A DNA stretch of 24,556 nucleotides from Octopus sinensis (taxonomy: Eukaryota). Location: the NCBI RefSeq assembly GCF_006345805.1, contig NW_021836369.1:1-24556 (forward strand), written 5' to 3'. Shown here in pieces: positions 1 to 9,603 of the stretch (its first letter is position 1; the number at the start of each line of letters is the position of its first letter). Position numbers and translations under genes: made by a program. The notes beneath the pieces are model-generated. The model was not told the origin of the DNA. It did not search any database and was given only the letters and a program-made list of their open reading frames with translations.

Positions 1-199
1 TGCATTTTTTTCGCTATTATATAAGGGAAGTAACTCTCTAAAATGTCTACGATGAGTCAACGATTTAAAAAGAAATTTACCATTCATTTTTTTTTCCATT
101 TTAATGCATTTTTTTGCTATTTTTTGGCTATAACTCTCTAAAAAAGCTTATATAGTTATTTCCCTTACAAACCCGAGCAACGCCGGGCGATACTGCTAG
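1..199 (+). mobile_element. Non-autonomous Helitron (family H1), 5' part outside the window, with an internal ~104-bp tandem unit
   Basis: Ends CCCGAGCAACGCCGGGCGATACTG-CTAG followed by T (hairpin then CTAG). Homologous to the complete copy at 12936-13324. TGCATTTTTT..GCTAT recurs at 1 and 105. Confidence 0.85.
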
Positions 200-780
200 T
201 TCAGATATAATTAGCGAATTGTTTAAAAAATTTTTGCAGTTATATTGACAATACATATTTGTGCAATGGCGCGTGAGGTGGTTCAATATAATTGAAAGGA
301 ATCAGATTAAGAGCGATAACATATACAATGAGACCATAGACAGCGTTGTATGGAGAAACGTACGGGATTATGATCAAGTTACATTTATTTCATTATGTAA
401 CTTCATTATGTGTCCGTACATACATATATGCGCTTTGCATGAGAGCACATGCGCACAATCTATACCACTGAATTGTGTGTGCGTGTGTGGGTGGTGCACA
501 TATTTTATGGATGTGCACATGCACATATGTCTGTATTTATATTTATAATCATAAATTTGGATATGGGCGTGTGTGAGCGGCGTTCTCACATAAAATAATT
601 AAGGAAGTAATCAATTCATCGTGAACGCAACTTCTAATAAAGATTCCAGTGGTAATGCAAGGGAGACAATATTTAAGATTTCTTATATGTTACCTCCCAT
701 GACCTGTATATATTTTATTTGCCTCCAAATCCCGTACACTTTTGTATAGCTTCGTGTATTCTCATTCAAGATGGAGACGA

Positions 781-824
781 GTACCAAATCTGATTCCAGC
801 CTTGGCTGGAGTCAGGTTTGGTAC
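781..824 (+). other. 21-bp-arm hairpin
   Basis: GTACCAAATCTGATTCCAGCC-TT-GGCTGGAGTCAGGTTTGGTAC. Arms are 19/21 complementary; both mismatches would be G.U pairs in plus-strand RNA. Confidence 0.85.
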
Positions 825-987
825 ACCCACTGTGGTCAAGTGTTGTTCTTATATTGTTTGAAATTTTATATATCATGTGAAACAAACGGTTTTTGTTATG
901 ATGTAATATACTCATTAATTTATTTTAAAAATCCGTTGGAAACAGCTGTAATGAAGTGACACTTATCCATCGTTTATTATTTAATTT

Positions 988-1072
988 TGTGTGTGTATGT
1001 GTGTGTATGTATGTGTTTGTGTATGTGTGTGATTGTGTATTTGTGTGTTTACGTATGTATTTATATGTGTGT
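988..1072. repeat. (GT)n/(GTAT)n microsatellite
   Basis: Directly visible. Confidence 0.9.
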
Positions 1073-1118
1073 GTAGTGTATTTGTGCTCTCTTTAACATC
1101 ATACCAAGAAAGACACGT

Positions 1119-1431
1119 AAGGATGAAAGGCAAAGTCGACCTCGGCGGAATTTGAACTCAGAACGTAGCGGCAGACGAAATACTTATTTCTTTACTACCC
1201 ACAAGGGGCTAAACACAGAGAGGACAAACAAGGACAGACAAACAAGGACAGACAAACGGATTAAGTCGATTATATCGACCCCAGTGCGTAACTGGTACTT
1301 ATTTAATTGACCCTGAAAGGATGAAAGGCAAAGTCGACCTTGGCGGAATTTGAACTTAGAACGTAGCGGCAGACGAAATACTGCTAAGCATTTCACCCGG
1401 TGTGCTAACGTTTCTAACAGCTCACCACCTT
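1119..1431 (-). mobile_element. tRNA-headed SINE with Meta-type central domain: head, one body unit and 65 nt of a second unit
   Basis: Minus strand reads AAGGTGGTGAGCTG..GTTAGCA..GTTCAAATTCC..GCCTTTCATCCTTTCAGGGTCAAT..AAGTACCAG. The body restarts at 1183. A 14-bp internal duplication (ACAAACAAGGACAG) is present. Confidence 0.9.
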
Positions 1432-1463
1432 AAATAGCAAAATGGAATATTATTAGTGTTATT

Positions 1464-1690
1464 AAGATGGCAAACAAGCCGAGATGCTTGCATGTCGAGC
1501 AAATTGCTTCGCCGAATTTCTTTTGGCTTTCTACGTTCCGAGTTCAAATGACGAGGGGGCTGACTTTGCCTCCCATCCTTTCGGAGTCGATGAAATAAAT
1601 CCGTCAATTACTGGAGTCCGTTTAATCGACTAAATTCCGCCCCTCACTCCCCTCTAAAATTATGCCATAATTAGAAAGTGTTAATTATTA
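1464..1690 (+). mobile_element. Old diverged Meta-type SINE
   Basis: Degenerate head, GAGTTCAAAT B box, GACTTTGCCTCCCATCCTTTCGGAGTCGAT, C-rich tail and ATT end. Confidence 0.7.
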
Positions 1691-1735
1691 CTCCACACAT
1701 CGATGACTGTTTCATGCCACATGTTTCTTTTTTTT

Positions 1736-1940
1736 TCTTTTTTACTTGTATAAGTCATTAGACTGCGGCCCAGCTGGGGCACCGCCTTGAAGGATTTTTA
1801 GCCGAACGAATCGTCCCCAACACTTTTTTTAAGTCTGGTACTTGTTCTGTCGGTCTCTTAGGCTGAACCGCTAGGTTATGGGGGACACAAACACCCCCAA
1901 CTCTGGTTGTCAAGGGATAGCTGGGACAAGCGCAAAGATA
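1736..1940 (-). mobile_element. 3' half of a CORE-like SINE (family B), diverged
   Basis: Reverse complement of the tail GGCGGTGCCCCAGC..GCCGCAGTC..TGAC..ACAAGTAAAA and of GGTTGTCAAG / GCGGTTCAGC, as in 10044-10455. Confidence 0.75.
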
Positions 1941-1942
1941 CA

Positions 1943-1983
<41 letters not shown>

Positions 1984-2018
1984 ATACATATATACACACA
2001 CATATATATATATATATA

Positions 2019-2192
2019 CTTGAAATAAGAGCTAAAAATGCCTTAATGCTGTAGTTAACATAGATGAATCAAAACATACTCTAGCGGAATTTTTGGTCGG
2101 AACTTTTTGTACAATTACGGTTCTTGTTAGTGTATATGTTTTCATTCATGCGCGTTAACTACGGCTTTAGAGTATTTAGCTGTTATTTCTAG
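2019..2192. mobile_element. Decayed fold-back (MITE-like) element
   Basis: Arms 2019-2085 and 2126-2192 are imperfect inverted repeats, roughly three-quarters identical by eye (GAAATAA, AGCTAAA, GTAGTTAAC, ATGAAT, AAAACATA shared), with a 40-nt spacer. Confidence 0.6.
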
Positions 2193-2290
2193 CAGTGTAG
2201 GTATTTTTTAACACCCTGGTCACATTTTATAACAATTATAATTCTCCTTTTTGGTGAAACATTGCAGCCTGCTGTTTATATTAATTTTGT

Positions 2291-2595
2291 TTGTTTGTTC
2301 CTTCTCGAGCCATGCCTGGCTCATAAGGGCCGGTTTCCCGGTTTCCTTGGCGTATAGGTTCCCCACCTGGACGGGACGCCGGTCCGTCGCAGGTGAGCTG
2401 CAAGATGCAGGAGGAAAGAGAGAGAGAAAGTTGTGGCGAAAGAATCAGCAGAAGTTTCGCCATTACCTTCTGCCGGAGCCGCGTGGAAGTTAGGTGTTTT
2501 GCTCATAAACACACACATCGCTCGGTCTGAGATTCGAACTCGCGATCCCTCGACCGCGAGTCCGCTGCTCTAACCACTAGGCCATGTGCTTCTAC
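2291..2595 (-). mobile_element. tRNA-derived SINE with V-domain-like core (family C), full length
   Basis: A box TGGCCTAGTGG, B box GTTCGAATC, CCTGCGACGGACCGGCGTCCCGTCCAGG core, (ACAA)n tail. 13-bp TSD ATATTAATTTTGT at 2278-2290 and 2596-2608. Confidence 0.92.
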
Positions 2596-2609
2596 ATATT
2601 AATTTTGTA

Positions 2610-2662
2610 CATGTGTGTATATATGCGTGTGTGTGTGCGTGTGCGCGCGCGGGTGTATGTAC

Positions 2663-2693
<31 letters not shown>

Positions 2694-2707
2694 TGTATGT
2701 ATGTACA
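2610..2707. repeat. (GT)/(GC)/(GTAT)n microsatellite
   Basis: Directly visible. Confidence 0.9.
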
Positions 2708-2872
2708 TACGACAGGCTGCTTTCAGTTTCCGTCTACCAAATCCACACACAAGGCTTTGGTCGGCCTGAGGCTATAGTAGAAGACACTTGCCCGAGGTGC
2801 CACGCAGTGGGACTGAACCCGGAACTATATGGTTGGGAAGCAAACATGTTAACACATAGCCAAGCCTGCGCC
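2708..2872 (-). mobile_element. 5' half of a family B SINE
   Basis: Minus strand: GGCGCAGG..GGTTCAGTCCCACTGCGTGGCACCTCGGGCAAGTGTCTTCTACTATAGCC..GACGGAAACTGAAAG, ending at the internal microsatellite. Confidence 0.9.
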
Positions 2873-3089
2873 TATATGTGAAGTTTATAAAAAGTACAGA
2901 ACAAGCAGCCCCCACTGGCGGGAGAGTACATGTTGGTAACATGTAGCAAGCTTTCGCTATGTAGTTGCGAGTAGACAAATACCCGCTCAGTCACCTCCCA
3001 CCTTACCCTTAGTCCTGTGTGACAGCCAGGATGGAAGAGCAAAGGGGTCAGAGGTCTGCACCAGCATTAAGGTGTTACTCTTTCGCAGG

Positions 3090-3185
3090 TGAGCAGATCA
3101 GAGCAAATGAAATGAAGTGACTTACTTTAGGACACAACACACCGCCCCATCCAGGAACTGAACGTACGGCCTTATCATAGCTAGT
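3090..3185 (-). mobile_element. Old SINE head fragment (family D-like)
   Basis: GAGCAAATGAAATGAAGTGACTTACTTTAGGACACAACAC resembles GAGCAACGTGAAATAAAGTGTCTTGCTCAAGAACACAACAC of the family D copy at 14450-14779. Confidence 0.55.
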
Positions 3186-3276
3186 CGAAAACGAAAGTAG
3201 AAGAAAAAATGAAAGAAATGTAAATTATTTTAACGATGTACTGTTAACTCCGAAGTTATATTTGGATTAACCACTG

Positions 3277-3648
<372 letters not shown>

Positions 3649-4306
3649 TTTAGCCTTTAAAGATAGTCCACGTTATACGAAAAAACAGAATATATAAATA
3701 TATGTTTGGATAGCAAATGAAGAATTTCAGTGACATTCTTTTACATCATTTCACTATTTATGGTTTTATGTAGCTTCAGACATTGACCAAATATAATTCC
3801 TGATATATTAATAGATTTTTCAGATATATATTTCTCATGATATGAGCTCAAAAGGTAGAATTTGTCTTCGTCTTTTACCTCGTTCAAACAGCTATTTACG
3901 GGAAATGCATCCGATATATTTAAACCATGAGCGATATTTAAAGTATTTCAAACAGTTTGTCTTTGTGGTGGACGTGGGGAGAGAGACAGGGAATACGATA
4001 TGTGTGTGATGTGTGAAGTGTATAAGGTGGATGGTGGCGTGCGTATTTGTGCGTTTAGTATTTCAGAAATGTTTAAACTGTTTTCCCCGCAAACGTTTTG
4101 TACCTGAGATCGATTCTTGAAAGGTCACTATAAACATATTCGAAGAAATGAGTTTTGAAGTATTTCCGCCAATATCAATCAGTCAATATTTAGTTCTCTC
4201 ACATAACTGTTATATATAATCGATTGAAATTATCCTGGTCAAATACATCACCTAACAAGTATTTAGCCGTGTAATATGTTATATATAACCTCGTATATCT
4301 ATATAC

Positions 4307-4364
4307 GTGTGTGTATTTGTGTGTATATGCTCATTGATATATAAATGTAAGTATACACACACAC

Positions 4365-4441
<77 letters not shown>

Positions 4442-4570
4442 TATATATATATATATACATATATATATTATACTATATACATATACATATATATATTATA
4501 TATATACACACACACACATATATATATCTATATGGGAGAAGGATATACATATACGTTAAATACATATATG
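4307..4570. repeat. (CA)n/(TA)n microsatellite
   Basis: Directly visible. Confidence 0.9.
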
Positions 4571-4667
4571 AGTGTGTGGAAATAAATATATGTACGTTTA
4601 TGCACCTCTCTATATATACGCATTCACACGCACACACACGCACTCACACATATACATACTTACTAAG

Positions 4668-5612
4668 ATACATACATACATACATACTCACTCACTCACT
4701 CACTCTCTCTCTCTCACTCACTCACTCACTCACTTATTTACTGACTTACTTACTTGCTTGCTTGCTTACTTGCTTGCTTGCTTGCTTGTTGCTTAATTAC
4801 TTACTAGCTTGCTTGCTTGCTTACTTACTTGCTTACCTACTTACTTGCTTAATTGCTTGTTTGCTTGCTTACTTACTTACTTACTTACTTGCTTGTTTGC
4901 TTGCTTGCTTACTTGCTTGCTTGCTTGCTTGCTTACCTACTTACTTACTTAATTGCTTGCTTGATTGCTTGCTTGCATACTTGCTTGCTTGCTTCCTTGC
5001 TTGCTTGCTTGCTACCTTACTTACTTACATTCTTGCTTGCTTGCTTGCTTACTTACTTGCTTGCTTGCTTACTTACTTACTTACTTGCTTGCTTACTTGC
5101 TTGCTTGCTTACTTGCTTACTTATTCGCTTGCTTGCTTGCTTGCTTACTTGCTTACTTACTTGCTTGCTTGCTATCTTGCTTGCTTGCTTGCTTACTTAC
5201 TTACTTACTTGCTTGCTTGCTATCTTGCTTGCTTGCTTACTTACTTAATTACTTACTTACTTGCTTGCTTGCTTGCTTACTTACTTACTTGCTTGCTTGC
5301 TTGCTTACTTGATTGCTTGCTTGCTTACTTACTTGCTTTATTGCTTGCTTACTTATTTGCTTGCTTGCTTACTTACTTACTTGCTTGCTTGCTTGCTTGC
5401 TTACTTGCTTGCTTGCTTACTTACTTGCTTACTTACTTACCTGCTTGCTTGCTTGCTTGCTTGCTTGCCTGCCTGCTTGCTTGCCTGCTTGCTTGCTTGC
5501 CTGCTTGCTTGCTTGCTTACTTACTTGCTTGCCTGCTTGCTTGCTTGCTTATTTACTTACTTACATGCTTACTTACTTGCTTGCTTACTTACTTGCTTGC
5601 TTACTTACTTAC
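4668..5612. repeat. Compound array: (TACA)n, (CTCA)n, then ~880 bp of mixed TTAC/TTGC
   Basis: Directly visible; rare variants recur at 100-bp and 48-bp periods. Confidence 0.95.
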
Positions 5613-5615
5613 TCA

Positions 5616-5919
5616 TGTTTGTTCCTTCTCGAGCCATGCCTGGCTTATAAGGGCCGGTTTCCCGGTTTCTTGGCGTATAGGTTCCCCACCTGGACGGGAC
5701 GCAGGTCCGTCGCAGGTGAGCTGCAAGATGCAGGAGGAAAGAGTGAGAGAAAGTTGTGGCGAAAGAATCAGCAGAAGTTCGCCATTACCTTCTGCCGGAT
5801 CCGCGTGGAGCTTAGGTGTTTTCGCTCCTAAACACACACATCGCCTGCTCTGAGAATCGAACCCGCGATCCCTTCGACTGCGAGTCCGCTGCTCTAACCA
5901 CTAGGCCATGTGCCTCCAC
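5616..5919 (-). mobile_element. Family C (V-domain-like) SINE, full length
   Basis: Highly similar to 2291-2595 with the same 5' boundary. Confidence 0.92.
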
Positions 5920-5955
5920 TACATACTTATATACTGATATATAAGGACACATAAC

Positions 5956-5992
<37 letters not shown>

Positions 5993-6241
5993 GAGAAATC
6001 TAATGTAATTAGATTAAAATTGCTAATACCCACATTCTGTAAACAGACATGTCTTGCTCTACACTTGGCAGATATAACGATTGTAGAGGTGGTACTTGCG
6101 CGCTTCATTGTTAGTTGACCTGCCTTTCACACAAGGAAAAATTATTACAATCGCTATTCAAATCAAACACAAACCAGAACCTAAGTGACGTAAGTGACAC
6201 ACTAATTTGCATATCATGTGATTGTCAGCATTTTATAGTTT

Positions 6242-6802
6242 AAGACGGCGAGCAGGCAGAAACGTTAGCACGCCGGGCGAAATGCTTGGAAGTATTTCGT
6301 CTGCCGTTACGTTCTGAGTTCAAATTCCACCGAGGTCGACTTTGCCTTTCATCCTTTCGGGGTCGATTAAATAAGTACCAGTTACGTACTGGGGTCGATA
6401 TAATCGACTTAATCCGTTTGTCTATCCTTGTTTGTCTCCTCTATATTTAGCCCCTTGTGGGTAATAAAGAAATAGGTATTTCGTCTGCCGCTACGTTCTG
6501 AGTTCAAATTCCGCCGAGGTCGACTTTACCTTTCATCCTTTCGGGGTCGATTAAATAAGTATCAGTTACGCACTGGAGTCGATATAATCGACTTAATCCG
6601 TTTGTCTGTCCTTGTTTGTCCTCTCTGTGTTTAGCCCCTTGTGGGTACTTAAGAAATAGGTATTTCGTCTGTCTTTACGTTCTAAATTCAAATATTTTCG
6701 GGGTTAATGAATTAAGTACCAATTCCATACTGGGTCGATCTAATCGAGTGCCCCTCCTCCCCAAAAATTTCGGGCCTTGTGCCTAGAGCAGAAAAGAATA
6801 TT
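6242..6802 (+). mobile_element. Meta-type SINE multimer: head, two 184-bp units, and a deleted third unit with a different tail
   Basis: GTATTTCGTCTG restarts at 6292, 6476 and 6660. The third unit ends CCCCTCCTCCCCAAAAATTTCGGGCCTTGTGCCTAGAGCAGAAAAGAATATT. Confidence 0.92.
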
Positions 6803-6878
6803 TTATAGTTCAGAGCTGTGACAAGGTCAACAACGATACGAATAGTAAAAGCTAGCCGCTGTTTTTCTTGCTCTATAC

Positions 6879-7122
6879 TTTTTATTTTGTAGTTTCAGCT
6901 CAGGGCTGTGGCCATGCTGGAGCACCGCCGTCTTGCTACACTGCTATTACTGAGAGCCTCCTTTAATATGTGGCACTTGGTGAAGAATGGAGTTTGATGT
7001 AGCTACCCTCATTTGTACCTCTTGCCGTGAGGTAGGGTTCATCTGGGACTCTCGACAGGAAGAGGTCCAGCCTTGATTTAAAAACGCCAACATCTACTTT
7101 GTGCCGGTTCCTCAGGCTCTTC
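6879..7122 (-). mobile_element. 3' end of a LINE (ORF2 C-terminus and 3' UTR), clade uncertain, possibly Proto2-like
   Basis: Minus translation KSLRNRHKVDVGVFKSRLDLFLSRVPDEP, then after one frameshift TSRQEVQMRVATSNSILHQVPHIKGGSQ*. Fits the FKxxLDxFLxxVPDxP..SNS pattern I recall for invertebrate LINE termini. Confidence 0.7.
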
Positions 7123-7282
7123 ATCACTTCCATTGTGATAGCCTGTGGTTATCACTTCTCTGTATGTGTCTTTAATATACAGAACGTTCCCTTCAGCTGC
7201 TTTCCCTCAGATGTGTATTTGTTGCTGGCCACACACCATGTTACATATCTATAAAATAATCTATGCTAGTGACGTCATATCT

Positions 7283-7350
7283 ATAAATTTCTCGGTCACT
7301 CGCAGAAGCATTTGTTATGGTAATAGAAACTTATACGCTTCGTTAAAATT
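7283..7350 (-). mobile_element. Short Tigger/pogo transposase 3' fragment
   Basis: About 80% similar by eye to 8826-8895 (ATAAATTTCTCGGT..AAGCATTTGTTATGGTA..CTTCGTT..AAAATT). Confidence 0.65.
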
Positions 7351-7585
7351 ACCTATTTCTTTACTGCCCACAAGGGGCTAAACATAGAGGGGACAAACAA
7401 GGACAGACAAAGGGATTAAGTCGATTACATCGACCCCAGTGCGTAAATGGTACTTAATTTATCGACCCCGATAGAATGAAAGGCAAAGTCAACCTCGGCG
7501 GAATTTGAGCTCAGAACGCAACGGCAGACGAAATACCGCTAAGCATTTCGCCCGGCGTGCTAACGTTTCTGCCAGTTCGCCGCTT
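7351..7585 (-). mobile_element. Meta-type SINE monomer
   Basis: Same family as 6242. Direct repeat CGCTTCGTTAAAATT at 7336-7350 and 7581-7595 (TSD overlapping the SINE 5' end). Confidence 0.92.
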
Positions 7586-7955
7586 CGTTAAAATTGCCGT
7601 AGACGATGGGAGTCTGCTCCCTTTTGAGCTTGTTATGGGTCTTCCTGTTATCTTTTCTTTCCTTCTCTCGTTCTTCCCCCTATCCCATCTTTCTATCCTT
7701 CCCCTGAGTCCTTTAGGACATCGTTCCTTTTTAGTATTACTACTACACGTCTTAATGCTGTTTTATAATCGAAAGGCCTTCTTTGTGAGTGTGTGTGTTT
7801 GTGTGTGTGTGTGTGTGTGTATGTGTGTGTGTGTGTGTGTGTGTGTACATACAGTAATAGCTCAATATACGAATTAATTTGTTCCCGGAGGCTGCTCGTA
7901 AAGCGAAAACACGTAAAGCAGAGCAATAACTTCCCATAATAGCAATGTTATAAAA

Positions 7956-8160
7956 TCTCTCTATATATAAACGGCAAAATGTCTGTGTGTGCGCGTCCCT
8001 TATACAAATCCACAATTTTTCAGTTAGAGGGCTCGCACTTTCTATGGCCATTCAAAACCGTCCAAGTGTGGTAGTGCACATCTTTACATTTCCCCAGTCA
8101 CTCACCCCGCAGATCCATTAAAAAATCTGTGTTTAGCCCCTTGTGGGGTCATAGTGTTAG
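7956..8160 (+). mobile_element. Internally deleted non-autonomous Helitron (family H2)
   Basis: A|TCTCTCTATATATAAACGGCA start. First ~170 bp match 8183 onward. Ends GGGTCATAGTGTTAG|T. Confidence 0.82.
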
Positions 8161-8182
8161 TCGTAATTCGTTTCCTGAAAAA

Positions 8183-8545
8183 TCTCTATATATATAAACG
8201 GCAAAGTGTCTGTGTATGTGTCCTTTATACAAATCCACAATTCTTCAGTTAGAGAGCTCGCTTTTTCTATGGCCATTCAAAACCGTCCAAGTGTGGTCGT
8301 GCACATCTTTACATTTCCCCAGTCACCCCGCAGAGCCATTAAAGAATCAATAGAAGTGACTTTTTGCGAATTTTCTATCCAAAACCCAGTCAAAATGCCC
8401 GAAACTTGATACGCCAATTGAATGCCAGCTAGCTGTATGTGATTGGTCGGAGATTTGGACAGTACTCGCGTGTATGTGCGCACGCACGCAGCTGTATATG
8501 CATGCACTAGCACTATGACATGGCGTTGCCGGGTCATAGTGCTAG
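8183..8545 (+). mobile_element. Non-autonomous Helitron (family H2), 363 bp
   Basis: A|TC start, terminal palindrome, CTAG|T end, no TSD. Confidence 0.88.
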
Positions 8546-8966
8546 TGCTACCTATAAAATTTTATAATACTCGTAAATAAATGGCAATAAAACAGCAATG
8601 GAATGTAAAGAATATTTTATGTAAAGTAAAACGAATGTCAAGATCATTTGTGATAAGAAATATTATTATTATAATCGTTTTCTGAATCACTTTCACTGAC
8701 ACTAGACTCACACCATCACTTGTAGACGCGACCGCCGATTCACAAGCACTCGTAGACGGACTTGTAGATTTATTTTTAGAAAACAATTATAGAGTTGTTT
8801 GCTTAGAAGATTTTTTTCAGTCTCCATAAATTTCTCGGTAACACGCAAAAAGCATTTGTTATGGTAGCAGAAGCTTTCGCACTTCGTTCAAAATTTGGAT
8901 CTTGTGATTGAAAAAACACGTAAACCCGGGATTTCGTAAAGTCGGTTCCTCGTAAAGTGAGGTATT

Positions 8967-9029
<63 letters not shown>

Positions 9030-9030
9030 A

Positions 9031-9063
<33 letters not shown>

Positions 9064-9079
9064 ATGTATGTATCGTCTA

Positions 9080-9603
9080 TTTTTTAATTATTATAAATCT
9101 TCCACTGAGGATGGTTAGGAAGCCGGTTTCCAACAAAGATACATCTGTAGGATGTAATTAACACAGACAAATTCACATTCGGAACTTGAGGAAAGTCTTG
9201 CATATCTTTACTGTTCCACTCACAGATTGCACTTGTAAATGTACGAATTAGCCGGTCGATTTCTTTTTCTGAAAATCTCAGTTTATCCAGATTCTCCTTT
9301 AAGCATTTACTAACAAAACCTAATGCTCCAATTGTTATTGGTATGAATATGAATTCATAGTCTGGATATAGAACCTGGAGGTTTCGAAGCAGTTATCCAT
9401 AGATATCCTCTTTTTCTTTGATCTTCAAAGAGATATTTATATCTACAGGACAGCTGACCTCTATGATGGTACATACCTTTGCCCCTGTGCCCCAAACAAC
9501 AATATCCGGCCTGTTATGTTTACCTTTGATAGAGGTTTTGATGGAAATATTCCACTAGTATTCCTTGAGTTGGTGTTTATGAATGTATTCTCTAACAAGA
9601 TTG
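9080..9603 (-). pseudogene. 3' fragment of an R4/Dong-like non-LTR element: REL endonuclease domain and 3' UTR
   Basis: Minus translation KHNRPDIVVWGTGAKVCTIIEVSCPVDINISLKIKEKEDIYG*LLRNLQVLYPDYEFIFIPITIGALG..; PD-(D/E)xK-type motif; internal stops and a frameshift. Confidence 0.88.

Larger units (their letters stand above)
7852..8970 (-). mobile_element. Non-autonomous Tigger/pogo derivative (551 bp net) interrupted by two Helitrons
   Basis: TA|CAGTAATAGCTCAATATACGA at 7852 and CAATAATACCTCACTTTACGA (reverse complement) at 8970, 17/21 identical. Minus translation from 8901 DPNFERSAKASATITNAF/ACYREIYGD*KKSSKQTTL matches the pogo/Tigger C-terminal DPNxERS..CYREIY..KK..QT.L pattern. Confidence 0.8.

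Noticed and set aside
771-959. ORF METSTKSD.. with an upstream AG and weak donor
   Set aside because: Short, no recognisable domain, weak GTTTGG donor; the notable signal is the hairpin.
4576-5853. 425-aa Leu-rich ORF and overlapping ORFs
   Set aside because: Translation of a TTAC/TTGC array, which rarely produces stops, running into an antisense SINE. No coding signature.
6292-6700. CRISPR-like array
   Set aside because: Long identical units with no unique spacers, in a eukaryotic repeat context.
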